From Lysobacterales bacterium (GTDB taxonomy: Bacteria > Pseudomonadota > Gammaproteobacteria > Xanthomonadales > SZUA-5): DNA of 64,000 nucleotides. Every line of letters begins with the position of its first letter. Positions within the stretch are counted from its first letter, which is position 1. The position numbers and the translations under genes are program-made. The stretch covers positions 1 to 64,000 of the forward strand of contig JALHMH010000021.1 of the NCBI GenBank assembly GCA_022844165.1. Direction: 5' to 3'. Positions 1-9,427 of this stretch are shown one piece after another. The notes beneath the pieces were generated by a model. That model was not told where the DNA came from. It ran no database searches and saw nothing but the letters and a program-made list of their open reading frames with translations.

Positions 1-2
1 TT

Positions 3-33
3 GAACGACCGGCGGCTGCGCCGCCGGGCCGGA
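3..33 (-). repeat. GC-rich hairpin module C of intergenic repeat family 1
   Basis: Reverse complement TCCGGCCCGGCGGC-GCA-GCCGCCGGTCGTTC matches 7202..7232 except in the 3-nt loop. Confidence 0.75.
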
Positions 34-121
34 CGACATAGCTCTTCTATGGCGACGAGAAGCAACGCTGCATGGGGTCGAAAGACGCGGAAATCGTTCA
101 AGGTCATTGCGGAACACCACA

Positions 122-200
122 CTAGAGTCCTTGACAGAGCGGGATCTGGACAAATGAGTCTGTTTCTTCGAAGCGGCTTTGGCTGTTGAAGCCCCCTTGA
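122..200 (-). repeat. Module B of intergenic repeat family 1
   Basis: Reverse complement CAAGGGGGCTTCAACAGCCAAAGCCGCTTCGAAGAAA..GACTCATTTGTC..GTCAAGGACTCTAG aligns with 1102..1174 and 7286..7365. Confidence 0.85.
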
Positions 201-202
201 AA

Positions 203-988
203 TCAGATCCAATTGGGCGCGCGCTTTTCGAGAAATGCGGTCAATCCCTCCTGACCTTCCAGCGAGACACGCAGGCGCGCAATCAACGCCGCGGTCTGCT
301 CGTCGAGTTTGCTTTGCGCCGTTTCGTCGCGACCAAAAATACCCTCGACCAAACGCTTGGCCACCAGTGTTGCGGTTGGGCCGGCCTTGAGCATGGCATC
401 CACCTCGCGCGCTACCGCAGCGTCCAAACCGTCAATCGCGACTACTTCGTGCAGCAAACCCATCGAGGATGCCGTCGCTGCGCTGAAGATTGCGCCAGAT
501 TGAAACCAACGGCGTGCGTGACGGGCGCCGATGGCCGCGACAACATACGGTGAGATCACCGCTGGGACCAAGCCCAGCTTGGTTTCCGTCAGCCCAAATT
601 TCGCCGATTCGATGCCGAACGCGACATCGCAGCAGGCGATCAAACCGACACCACCACCGAAGGCCGAACCCTGCACCCGCGCGATCGTTGGCTTTGGCAG
701 ATATGCAAGTGTGCGCATCAACTCGGCGAGCTTCAGCGCATCTGCACGATTCTCAGCCTCCGAATACGCTGCCATCGCACGCATCCAGTTTAGATCGGCA
801 CCAGCGGAAAACGACGCACCACTGGCACCGAGTACCACCAATCGGACTTCCGGATCGGCGCCAGCCCGCTTTAGCGCCTCGGTGAGTTCGGCAATCAGCG
901 CAGCATCGAACGCGTTATGCACCTCAGGGCGATTCATGGTCACAGTCGCAACCCGGCCACTCAGCTCAACTAGCACTCCATTCGACAT
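203..988 (-). CDS. Enoyl-CoA hydratase/isomerase, probably methylglutaconyl-CoA hydratase (LiuC-like)
   Basis: NRPEVHNAFD, FSAGADLNWM, AFGGGVGLIACCD, LTETKLGLVPAVISPYV, EGQEGLTAFLEKR motifs. Confidence 0.85.
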   Translation of the reverse strand: MSNGVLVELSGRVATVTMNRPEVHNAFDAALIAELTEALKRAGADPEVRLVVLGASGASFSAGADLNWMRAMAAYSEAENRADALKLAELMRTLAYLPKPTIARVQGSAFGGGVGLIACCDVAFGIESAKFGLTETKLGLVPAVISPYVVAAIGARHARRWFQSGAIFSAATASSMGLLHEVVAIDGLDAAVAREVDAMLKAGPTATLVAKRLVEGIFGRDETAQSKLDEQTAALIARLRVSLEGQEGLTAFLEKRAPNWI

Positions 989-995
989 TTGCACT

Positions 996-1206
996 CCTAG
1001 CGAGGCTTCGCCTCAGACCAACGAGCATTGCTGGCTTCGTTCGGCAGCGTACTTGCCACAACCCCCATTGAGCGCTGCGCGCTCAATCGCCTCCTTAATC
1101 TAAGGGGGCTTCAACAGCCAAAGCCGCTCCGAAGAAATTTGACTCAACTAATAAGATCCAGCTCCATCAAGGACCTTCGCCTCACACCGACGAGCATCGT
1201 GGGCTG
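996..1206 (+). repeat. Composite copy of repeat family 1 (A - hairpin - B - short A)
   Basis: CCTAGCGAGGCTTCGCCTCAGACCAACGAGCATTGCTGGC..CAGCGTACTTGCCACAACCCC, hairpin ATTGAGCGC-TGC-GCGCTCAAT at 1067..1087, module B, then CTTCGCCTCACACCGACGAGCAT. Confidence 0.85.
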
Positions 1207-1237
1207 CCCTCAAAGCCGCCTGTTAGAAAAAAGTCGC

Positions 1238-2038
1238 TCATCGCCAACGGCACAAAATTTCTTCGCGATCGAAGCCACGTTTGACCCAGTAGAACAAACC
1301 GACGACTGTCGCGGCAGCCATCAGACAGGCTCCCAGTAATGCCGGCAAGTACAACACCACGTATGGACCGATCAACGAAAAGACGATCATCAGTGCCGGC
1401 GTCAAAACCAGCGCTGTGATCTGATTGGCCGCTTGCGGATCCTGCATTCGCGCCGACACGCGCATGCACACCAACGCGGTAATGGCGCCGATCAACGGAC
1501 CCAACACCAACACTCCCAACCAATAAAACACGTCCGGCCAAATCAGCAGGCGGTGCGAGAGCCAAAAGCTCGACACCGAAACGATGGCGCCAAGCACCGC
1601 AGAGATCCAACTGATCGCGACCGCAGGCAAGAGCACTGCGAGCAGTTTGCCCACGAGGTAAACGTGCGTGTCGATCGGCGTGGACAGGACCGGCTCCAGC
1701 GAGCGTTGCTGTTTCTCGCCGACGATCGCATACGCGCCTGCGATCGATACCACAGCCAAAGGCAACAGCAGAAAATAACCGGCAGACATGCGCAAGAACA
1801 ATGTCGCAGCCGCCTCTTCAAGTTGGATGCCCGCAGCACTCGCCATCATGCGAATACCACCCAGCATGGCGCCGAGCCGCGTGCCACCGTCTTGAGACAA
1901 CGCTTTAGCGCTTGCCGCGACCAAAATCGCTGGCAGAGCCGCTCCGATGATCGGCATCAGTGCGTACACCGGCCACAACATTCGGTTTTGTCTTTGGTCC
2001 TTGTATTCCCGCCAGAGAATGACGCCGATTTCTCTCAT
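1238..2038 (-). CDS. ABC-2 type exporter permease
   Basis: About six hydrophobic helices; IVGEKQQRSLEPVLSTP motif; overlaps the ATPase stop codon. Confidence 0.85.
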   Translation of the reverse strand: MREIGVILWREYKDQRQNRMLWPVYALMPIIGAALPAILVAASAKALSQDGGTRLGAMLGGIRMMASAAGIQLEEAAATLFLRMSAGYFLLLPLAVVSIAGAYAIVGEKQQRSLEPVLSTPIDTHVYLVGKLLAVLLPAVAISWISAVLGAIVSVSSFWLSHRLLIWPDVFYWLGVLVLGPLIGAITALVCMRVSARMQDPQAANQITALVLTPALMIVFSLIGPYVVLYLPALLGACLMAAATVVGLFYWVKRGFDREEILCRWR

Positions 2039-2919
2039 CGATCCCCCACGAGTTCTAAATAGCGTTGCCGAAGCGAGCGGCGTTGCTGGGTCACACTGCG
2101 GATATCCGCGCCAGCTGCGATCAGGCGTCGCACCAGTTCGGGAATCGATTCTGCCGCTGCCGCGAACGTATAGCGAGTCGCATCAACACTCTGTGTCGTC
2201 AGACCTTCGGGCATAGCATTAATTTGCATGTCGACAATGACTGTATCGGCAACCTCGCAAAAATCGCTCAGCGCCCCGGCGAATCTGACGCTGCGATCAA
2301 GAATCAGCACCTGATCAGCCAGTGCTTCGACTTCTTCCAGCGAATGCGTGCACAGCACCAACGATGTGCCCTTTGCCTTGAGCTCGCGAATGAGCGCATG
2401 GACCGCCGCCGTTGCCTGCGGATCCAGGCCGGCCGATGGTTCATCGAGCAGCACCAGCTGCGGCTCATGGATCAGCGCGCGAGCGATCGACAGTCGCTGT
2501 TTCATGCCCTTCGAATAGGTGCTGACGCGATCCTCCCCGCGTGCCGCAAGGCCGAAACGCTGGAGTGCCGAATCGACGCGTAAACTTGCATCCTTAAGCC
2601 GATGCAGGCCTGCGTAAAAGAGCAAGTTGTCCCGCGCGCTCAGTCGCTCGTAGAAACCCGGCACTTCAGGCACATTGCCGCAACGCGCGCGGATCGCTCG
2701 ATTCGCCGCATCGCTTTGCCCGAGCGTTTGGCCGCACACCATGGCGCTGCCGCTGCTCGGCGCAATCAATCCCCCGAGCATTCGCAGCGTGGTGGTCTTT
2801 CCTGCCCCGTTTGGCCCTAACAAGCCAACCACTTGTCCTTCCGCCAATGAAAAGGACAAGTTCTCCACAGCGACGCGATCGCCGAAGCGTCTGGTCAGAC
2901 TTTGAGTTTCGATCATCAT
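2035..2919 (-). CDS. ABC transporter ATP-binding protein
   Basis: Walker A GPNGAGKTT, signature YSKGMKQR, Walker B LLLDEP-like VLLDEP, H-loop CTH. Confidence 0.95.
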   Translation of the reverse strand: MMIETQSLTRRFGDRVAVENLSFSLAEGQVVGLLGPNGAGKTTTLRMLGGLIAPSSGSAMVCGQTLGQSDAANRAIRARCGNVPEVPGFYERLSARDNLLFYAGLHRLKDASLRVDSALQRFGLAARGEDRVSTYSKGMKQRLSIARALIHEPQLVLLDEPSAGLDPQATAAVHALIRELKAKGTSLVLCTHSLEEVEALADQVLILDRSVRFAGALSDFCEVADTVIVDMQINAMPEGLTTQSVDATRYTFAAAAESIPELVRRLIAAGADIRSVTQQRRSLRQRYLELVGDR

Positions 2920-3698
2920 CGTCCGACGAATTGCGCTTTGCGCTTTTCGACAAACGCGCGAGTGCCCTCGCGCATGTCCTCGGTCGCGGTGGTGACGGCG
3001 AAGGCCTGGGTCTCGAACACCAGCCCCTGATCGAGCGCCATATCGCCACCGTGAATCACCGCATCCAGAATGCCGCGCATCGCGTGCGGCGCCGATGACG
3101 CCAACTGCTGAGCCATCGCCTCAACCGCAGCGTCCAGTTCGGCCTCGGGCACGACCCGATTGACGATGCCGAGCTGATAAGCACGCTCTGCGCTGATTGG
3201 AGCGCCAAGCAAGCACAACTCCAAGGCAGCGGAGCGCGAACATAGGCGCGTCAAACGCTGCGTTCCACCAAACCCAGGAACAATGCCCAGGTTGATTTCA
3301 GGCTGCCCCATCTTCACCGTGTCCGCGGCAATCCGCAGATGACAGCTCATGGCCAACTCCATACCACCGCCCAGGGTGAACCCGTTGAGTCTGGCGATCA
3401 CCGGTTTTCCCAGCGTTTCGACGCCGCGCATCATGCGCTGACCGGCCTGCGAAAAATCGCGTGCTTGTACGCTCGAGAGCGCCGTCAGTTCGGCGATATC
3501 CGCGCCCGCGACGAATGCTTTCGCGCCCGCGCCCGTGAGCACGATGACCCGCACTGCCTGATCGTACCGAGCCGCGCGAAAAGCCGTATCCAGTTCCAGG
3601 ATCGTCGCGTGATTGAGCGCATTGAGCTTGTCGGGACGGTTGATGGTGATGGTGCGAACTGCGCCGTGATCGGATATCAGCAGATTTTCGATTGACAT
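2916..3698 (-). CDS. Enoyl-CoA hydratase (crotonase family)
   Basis: NRPDKLNALN, AFVAGADI, GGGMELA, GQPEINLGIVPGFGGTQRL; both catalytic glutamates present. Confidence 0.92.
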   Translation of the reverse strand: MSIENLLISDHGAVRTITINRPDKLNALNHATILELDTAFRAARYDQAVRVIVLTGAGAKAFVAGADIAELTALSSVQARDFSQAGQRMMRGVETLGKPVIARLNGFTLGGGMELAMSCHLRIAADTVKMGQPEINLGIVPGFGGTQRLTRLCSRSAALELCLLGAPISAERAYQLGIVNRVVPEAELDAAVEAMAQQLASSAPHAMRGILDAVIHGGDMALDQGLVFETQAFAVTTATEDMREGTRAFVEKRKAQFVGR

Positions 3699-3877
3699 GA
3701 ATGTCCCCAGGTCTCATGGACCGAATCAAAGATCGGAGGATAACGCGGCGGATTGGTTGCGGGTGAGGTTCGAAAGCCCGAAGGGTTGGATTAGCCCAGC
3801 GGCTGACAACCTGCAACCACAACAAGCCTGTTACACTTCCCTACCTTGCCCGCCGAAGGGCGCCTTTCCTGCGGTAG

Positions 3878-4729
3878 ATGAACGACGATATTCCCAGTAC
3901 CAGCGGTTCCGCACCGCGAAGCTGGCTCGAACGACTTGGACAAGCGTTCGCTGGCGAGCCTCGGAACCGAGAAGATTTGATCGAAGAGCTGCGGCATGCC
4001 AGAGAGAATGGCCTGGTCGACGGCGACACTTTGGTGATGCTCGAAGGCGCGCTCAGCGTCTCCGACAAACAAGTAGCCGATGTGATGGTGCCACGTGCCC
4101 AAGTGGTATGGATATCCATCGACGCCTCTTTGCAAGAAGTGCTGCGCGTGGTGACCACCAGTGGTCACTCGCGGTTTCCCGTGCACGGCGAAAATGAGGA
4201 CGATGTTTTAGGCCTGCTGCTGGCCAAGGACTTGCTTCGTCACTTCGCGAACGGTGCCGAACACTTCGAATTGCGCCGGATTCTTCGGCCGTTAACACTC
4301 ATACCGGAATCCAAGAAGCTCAATTTATTGCTGAAGGAGTTCCGGGTCGCGCGCACACATATGGCGGTGGTGGTCGATGAGTACGGCGGTGTGGCCGGGC
4401 TGATTACGATCGAAGATGTGCTCGAGGAGATCGTCGGCGAAATCGACGACGAGCACGATGCCGAGGACAAGCCCGAGGTGCAGATTCTGGCGCAGGGAGA
4501 TGGTCTCTACCTGGTTCAAGCCCTGACACCCATTGATGATTTCAACCTGCACTTTCGCACTCGGCTCGAGTCTGAGACCTCCGACACCATTGGTGGTTTG
4601 GTTGTCGAAGAGCTGGGCCATCTGCCGGAACTTGGCGATAGCGTAGAGATCGCCGGTTTGATGTTTGAGGTCGCGAAAGCGGATGCGCGTCGTGTGCACC
4701 AGCTGCGTGTTCGGCCAGGAATCATCTGA
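3878..4729 (+). CDS. corC: Mg2+/Co2+ efflux protein CorC (CBS pair + CorC_HlyC domain)
   Basis: VMVPR, SGHSRFPV, HMAVVVDEYGGVAGLITIEDVLEEIVGEIDDEHD, DTIGGLV. Confidence 0.93.
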   Translation: MNDDIPSTSGSAPRSWLERLGQAFAGEPRNREDLIEELRHARENGLVDGDTLVMLEGALSVSDKQVADVMVPRAQVVWISIDASLQEVLRVVTTSGHSRFPVHGENEDDVLGLLLAKDLLRHFANGAEHFELRRILRPLTLIPESKKLNLLLKEFRVARTHMAVVVDEYGGVAGLITIEDVLEEIVGEIDDEHDAEDKPEVQILAQGDGLYLVQALTPIDDFNLHFRTRLESETSDTIGGLVVEELGHLPELGDSVEIAGLMFEVAKADARRVHQLRVRPGII

Positions 4730-5950
4730 ATGTCGCGTTGGATGCGGTTGATCGGCGCGCTTGCTTTGTTGGCGCTGAGCACGGTTGCGGCTGCCAAGGA
4801 AGTCTGGCTCGCGACCATCGAACCCGGCGAGTTGTATTGGCAGCGGTTTGGCCACAACGCGCTGATCGTGCGCGACGGCGATTACAACGTGAGTTACAAC
4901 TTCGGCTACTTCGACTTTGCGCAGCAGGATTTTTTGCTACGTTTCATGCGCGGGCGAATGTTGTACCAGGCCATTGCGTTCGACGCCGATGCGGATATTC
5001 GCGGGTACCTGGAAGAAGGCAGGCGCGTCTGGATGCAGCGCCTGAATCTGTCGACCGCGCAAATCGCAATATTGGAAGATCACCTGCGCTGGCACGTCGC
5101 GCCGGCGAATCGCGACTATCGATACGACTACTACAACAGCAACTGCTCCACCAAGATCCGCGATGCCATCGATCTGGCGCTGGGCGGCAAGTTCAAAGCT
5201 GCACATGAGCATCGCTCCCACGGCGAGACGTATCGGCGCTTTACGCGCGCTTACGCCGGCCCCGTGCCCTGGTTGTATCTGGGCACCGACTTGCTGCTGG
5301 GCCAGCCGGTCGATCGCCCGCTGTCGCTTTGGGACGAGATGTTCATCCCGGGCGAAGTGAAGCGCCGTTTGCGCGATATGAGTGTGGATGGTGCGCCGTT
5401 GGTGGCGGAAGAACACGTACTGCCAGCGGATGCCGATGACGCCGACGTATGGCCCGAAGTCAGCGATCACCGCCCGGTGTTTGCGGCCATAGGGCTGATG
5501 TTGGCGGCATTGGTCGTGTTGAGCGTTCGCAGCAGATCACAAGTCCGCGAACAGGCCAAAGCGCTGGGACATCCGCGAACATTCGGGCTGCTGCTGCTCC
5601 TGACAGCATCCACCTTGGCATTTGCCGGTACGGTGATGGCGGCATTGTGGTTCGCGACCGATCACGGATCGGCCTGGCGCAACGAGAACCTGTTCCTTTT
5701 TTCGCCGATCTGGTGGCTTGCCCTGCCCGCCTCCGCCACGTTGATCTGGCAAGGTGTTCTGAGTCATCGGCACCTGCGCCTGCTGCAATTCGTGACCACA
5801 GTTGCTCTGCTCAGCGTCGCGCTGGGCGCATTCTTGAAGATCTTTAGAAGCTTCGATCAGAGCAACATTGAATGGTTGTTGTTGATTTGGCCTGTGGTGT
5901 TGGCGATGGCCTGGGCCAGCCGACGCGACCTTGAGCGCCGTTCAAACTGA
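4730..5950 (+). CDS. DUF4105 membrane protein, Lnb-like putative lipoprotein N-acyltransferase
   Basis: Signal peptide; FGHNAL, YNFGYFDF, YRYDYYNSNCSTKIRD, EMFIP motifs; about five C-terminal TM helices. Confidence 0.75.
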   Translation: MSRWMRLIGALALLALSTVAAAKEVWLATIEPGELYWQRFGHNALIVRDGDYNVSYNFGYFDFAQQDFLLRFMRGRMLYQAIAFDADADIRGYLEEGRRVWMQRLNLSTAQIAILEDHLRWHVAPANRDYRYDYYNSNCSTKIRDAIDLALGGKFKAAHEHRSHGETYRRFTRAYAGPVPWLYLGTDLLLGQPVDRPLSLWDEMFIPGEVKRRLRDMSVDGAPLVAEEHVLPADADDADVWPEVSDHRPVFAAIGLMLAALVVLSVRSRSQVREQAKALGHPRTFGLLLLLTASTLAFAGTVMAALWFATDHGSAWRNENLFLFSPIWWLALPASATLIWQGVLSHRHLRLLQFVTTVALLSVALGAFLKIFRSFDQSNIEWLLLIWPVVLAMAWASRRDLERRSN

Positions 5951-6030
5951 CGGCTCAATGACAGGACGAGGAGCGAAGTTCGTCGCACGGCTTGCATCGT
6001 TGCACCCGATGCACGCAGCATCCGCTCGCC

Positions 6031-7116
6031 ATGAATGAACGTATTCGACAGAAGCTCGACGCGATGATCGAGCGCCGACAGGAAGTGGAACTCCTGCTCG
6101 CCGAAAGTCAGACGCAAACCGATCCCAATCGGTTTCGCGAGTTGTCGCGCGAATATGCGCAGCTCGATTCGCTGGCGCAGGAATATGCCGATTTCCAGCG
6201 CATGGAACGGGACCTGGCCGACAACGAGTCGCTGCTCGAAACCGAATCAGGCGAACTGAAGGACATGGCACGCCTGGAAGTGGCACAACTGCGCGAACAG
6301 ATCGAAGCGGCTTCGCAGCAACTGGCGCTGGGTCTGGTGCCACCCGACGCGCGCGACGACAAGAACATCTACCTGGAAGTGCGCGCCGGCACCGGCGGCG
6401 ATGAAGCGGCGATCTTTGCGGGCGATCTGTTTCGCATGTACACGCGATACGCAGAACGCCGCGGCTGGCGAGTGGAAATTCTCAGCCACAGCGAAGGCGA
6501 ACACGGCGGTTTTCGCGAGGTCATCGCGAGAGTCGAGGGCGCAGGCGCCTATTCGCGGCTGAAGTTCGAATCCGGCACACACCGCGTGCAACGTGTGCCT
6601 GAAACCGAAGCGCAAGGACGTATCCACACCTCGGCGTGTACGGTCGCGATTTTGCCCGAGTTGGACGAAGTCGACACCGCGCCGCTGAACCCGGCAGAAC
6701 TGAAAGTCGACACCTTTCGCGCGTCCGGTGCGGGCGGCCAGCACGTCAACAAGACCGATTCGGCGATCCGCATCACGCACTTGCCCAGCGGCATCGTTGT
6801 CGAATGCCAGGACGAGCGCTCGCAGCACAAGAACCGCGCGCGAGCGATGAGTCTGCTGCAGGCGAAATTGATCGACATAGAACGCAGCAAACAGGCCGAC
6901 GCTCAGTCGCAAGAACGAAAATTGCAGGTCGGCAGCGGCGATCGCAGCCAGCGCATTCGCACATATAACTTTCCGCAAGGTCGATTGACCGATCACCGCA
7001 TCAATTTGACGCTCTATCAGCTCGAAGACATCGTCGCCGGCAACCTCGATTCGGTGCTCGATCCATTGCAGCAAGAAGCTCGCGCTGAAGCCTTGGAAGC
7101 GTTGTTGGGTCGATAA
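6031..7116 (+). CDS. prfA: Peptide chain release factor 1
   Basis: [22 protein letters not shown] (RF1 PxT), [19 protein letters not shown]. Confidence 0.97.
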   Translation: MNERIRQKLDAMIERRQEVELLLAESQTQTDPNRFRELSREYAQLDSLAQEYADFQRMERDLADNESLLETESGELKDMARLEVAQLREQIEAASQQLALGLVPPDARDDKNIYLEVRAGTGGDEAAIFAGDLFRMYTRYAERRGWRVEILSHSEGEHGGFREVIARVEGAGAYSRLKFESGTHRVQRVPETEAQGRIHTSACTVAILPELDEVDTAPLNPAELKVDTFRASGAGGQHVNKTDSAIRITHLPSGIVVECQDERSQHKNRARAMSLLQAKLIDIERSKQADAQSQERKLQVGSGDRSQRIRTYNFPQGRLTDHRINLTLYQLEDIVAGNLDSVLDPLQQEARAEALEALLGR

Positions 7117-7125
7117 CCGACTCAC

Positions 7126-7400
7126 GGGGCTTCGCCTCAGACCGACGAGCATTGCTGGCATTGTCCGACAGCGTACTCGCCACAACCCCGCGCTCCGCAT
7201 TTCCGGCCCGGCGGCAAAGCCGCCGGTCGTTCGGATCGGCGCACGCCTATCGGCGTGTAAGCGCCGGTCCTCACCCCCCTTGACACAAGGGGGCTTCAAA
7301 AGCCAAAGCCGCTTCGTAGAAAATTTGACTCATTTGTCGAGAGGAGTCTGCGTCAAGGACTCTAGGCTTCGCCTCAGGCCGCCGAGCATGGTTGGCCTTG
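7126..7400 (+). repeat. Composite copy of repeat family 1 (A - C - hairpins - B - short A)
   Basis: GCTTCGCCTCAGACCGACGAGCATTGCTGGC..CAGCGTACTCGCCACAACCCC; hairpin C at 7202..7232; CCCCCTTG-ACA-CAAGGGGG; module B at 7286..7365; CTTCGCCTCAGGCCGCCGAGCAT. Confidence 0.85.
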
Positions 7401-7554
7401 ACTCAATTGAGTCTGCGAGTGCCAAAATTGCTCCGAGAACTTTGACTCAGATGCCAAGAACCGGTTCCGTCAGGTACTTCAGCCTGTCGCTGGTTGACAT
7501 TTGGCTGTTGAAATTCGACGCTTCGCGCTTCCAGGTTGAAGCGGAGAAGGCGTG

Positions 7555-8214
7555 ATGTCCCAAGGCATTCGTGTATGGGATTGGCCCGTCAGGTTGACCC
7601 ACTGGGGCTTGGTTGTTTGTATTGCCGGGCTTTATGCCACCGGTGAATACGGCTGGCTGACGATGGATTGGCACTTTCGTTTTGGATACGCCGCTTTGAC
7701 GATTGTGTTGTTTCGCATCGTCTGGGGTTTTGTGGGCAGCGAGCACGCGCGATTCGCGGACTTTGTGCGCGGCCCTCGCGCTGTCATTGAATACATCCGG
7801 AGCTTAACCGCCCCGGCCAAATCACCGAGCACAGGCCACAGCGCTCTTGGCGGAATCGCAGTGCTTGCACTGCTTGGGCTGACGCTGGTGCAGGCAGGCA
7901 CCGGGCTCTTCAGCAACGATCAGGTATCCGCGTTCGGGCCGCTATCGGAGCGCGTCAGCATGAGTCTGTCGGACGACATGACCGACTGGCACGAACTCGG
8001 GCAACAGCTGCTGTTGATCCTGATCGGAATCCATGTGATTGCTGTGCTGGCGTATCTTTTCTTCAAACGCGAGAACTTGATTGCACCCATGTTCCATGGA
8101 CGCAAAAGCGTACCAGGGCGCGATGCGCAATGGCGTTCGAATGTACTTGCGCTGGTCCTGTTCGGTCTTTGCGCCGGGGGCGTCTGGGGAATCACGGCAT
8201 TCGGACCGCCGTGA
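7555..8214 (+). CDS. Di-heme cytochrome b (cytochrome b/b6 / Ni_hydr_CYTB family)
   Basis: VWDWPVRLTHW, WHFRFGY, FRIVWGFVGSEHARF, GHSALG, WHE..IHVIAV heme ligands, ENLIAPM. Confidence 0.88.
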   Translation: MSQGIRVWDWPVRLTHWGLVVCIAGLYATGEYGWLTMDWHFRFGYAALTIVLFRIVWGFVGSEHARFADFVRGPRAVIEYIRSLTAPAKSPSTGHSALGGIAVLALLGLTLVQAGTGLFSNDQVSAFGPLSERVSMSLSDDMTDWHELGQQLLLILIGIHVIAVLAYLFFKRENLIAPMFHGRKSVPGRDAQWRSNVLALVLFGLCAGGVWGITAFGPP

Positions 8215-8288
8215 GATCTGGCGGTGGATGCCAGGTTCCCGCAAAAGCGCTGCCAGCATTCCGTGCCGTAGTCGCGGCGCATTCTGGG

Positions 8289-9422
8289 CTATTCGAACAG
8301 CGAAGCGCCGTCTGTTCCGAGCGGGGGACAAACGCGGCCCGGCAAACGCTCGCCGTCAATTTTGATTGGGCTTTTCAATAATCGGAGCGCGCCACTGGGA
8401 TGGTCCAACGTCTGTAGCATGCCCATTCGTTCGACGTAGGGATTATCCAGCGCAGCTTTAATGTCGTTGACCGGCGCCATCGGCAGTACGCCGGCAAATT
8501 TTTTGAGCCAATGTTCGCTGGGTTGCATCATCAATGCGGCATCGATGATCGGTGTCAGCGCATCTCGATGTTCGCGGCGCGCCGCGTAATCGACAAAGCG
8601 CAGGTCAGCTTTCAGTTGTGACAGCCCAATGCCATCGACGAACTGCTGCCAGAACTTATCGAGCATGCACATCACCATCAGCCAGCCATCGGCGCTTCGG
8701 TACAGTTGGCATGGCACGGTGCCGGGATGCGCCGAACGGGGCAAACGTGTGGTTTCATGACCCGCGTTCAAATACCAGGTGGCCGGATAACTCAACTGGT
8801 GCAGTGCGACATCGAACAACGACACGTCGACATCGCACCCCAGGCCCGTGCGCTGCGCGCCGATGATCGCCGCCAGCACACCGGTCGCCATCACACTTCC
8901 GGTCATGAAGTCGACCATGCTCAAGCCAAAGCGTGCGGGCGGCCCATTGGGCTCGCCCGTGAGCGTCATGAAGCCAGCTTCAGCCTGCATGAGATAATCG
9001 TACCCCGGCCACGCCGCACGCTCATTGTCGCGCCCGTAGGCCGACAGATGCGCACAGACAATCGTGGCCTTGATGGCTGACAAGTGCGCGTACGTGAGCT
9101 TGAGTTTGTCCGGCTGATCGCCGCGCAAGTTATTGGTGACCGCGTCGCTGGTCGCCACCAACCTCTCGAACTGCGAGCGTCCATCCGAGGACTTCAGATC
9201 GAGCAACACCGAACGCTTGTTGAGGTTGAACGTCTGGAAGAACTGGCTATCGCCGTCGCCCAAAAAATAGGGCCCGGTGGAGCGCGATACATCCCCTGAC
9301 GGTGGCGATTCGATTTTGATCACCTCAGCGCCAAGATCGGCGAGAAACATCGACCCATAGGGACCGGCGCCGTATTGCTCGACGGCGAGAATGCGCAAGC
9401 CTTTCAGGGGCAGAGACTTCAT
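8289..9422 (-). CDS. Family III CoA transferase (CaiB/BaiF)
   Basis: PLKGLRI..GPYGSMFLADLGAEVIKIESP, NLNKRSV, GYDYLMQAEAG (catalytic Asp). Confidence 0.92.
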   Translation of the reverse strand: MKSLPLKGLRILAVEQYGAGPYGSMFLADLGAEVIKIESPPSGDVSRSTGPYFLGDGDSQFFQTFNLNKRSVLLDLKSSDGRSQFERLVATSDAVTNNLRGDQPDKLKLTYAHLSAIKATIVCAHLSAYGRDNERAAWPGYDYLMQAEAGFMTLTGEPNGPPARFGLSMVDFMTGSVMATGVLAAIIGAQRTGLGCDVDVSLFDVALHQLSYPATWYLNAGHETTRLPRSAHPGTVPCQLYRSADGWLMVMCMLDKFWQQFVDGIGLSQLKADLRFVDYAARREHRDALTPIIDAALMMQPSEHWLKKFAGVLPMAPVNDIKAALDNPYVERMGMLQTLDHPSGALRLLKSPIKIDGERLPGRVCPPLGTDGASLFE

Positions 9423-9427
9423 TGAAC

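Noticed and set aside
6247-7299. 350-aa antisense ORF over prfA, and similar long antisense ORFs at 35887..37005, 40020..41300 and 57245..58171
   Set aside because: Shadow frames of high-GC genes; no recognisable motifs
996-7400. Repeats considered as a CRISPR array
   Set aside because: Dispersed, degenerate and not regularly spaced; no cas genes
7555-8214. Hydrogenase operon suggested by the cytochrome b
   Set aside because: No hydrogenase subunits nearby; this family often stands alone
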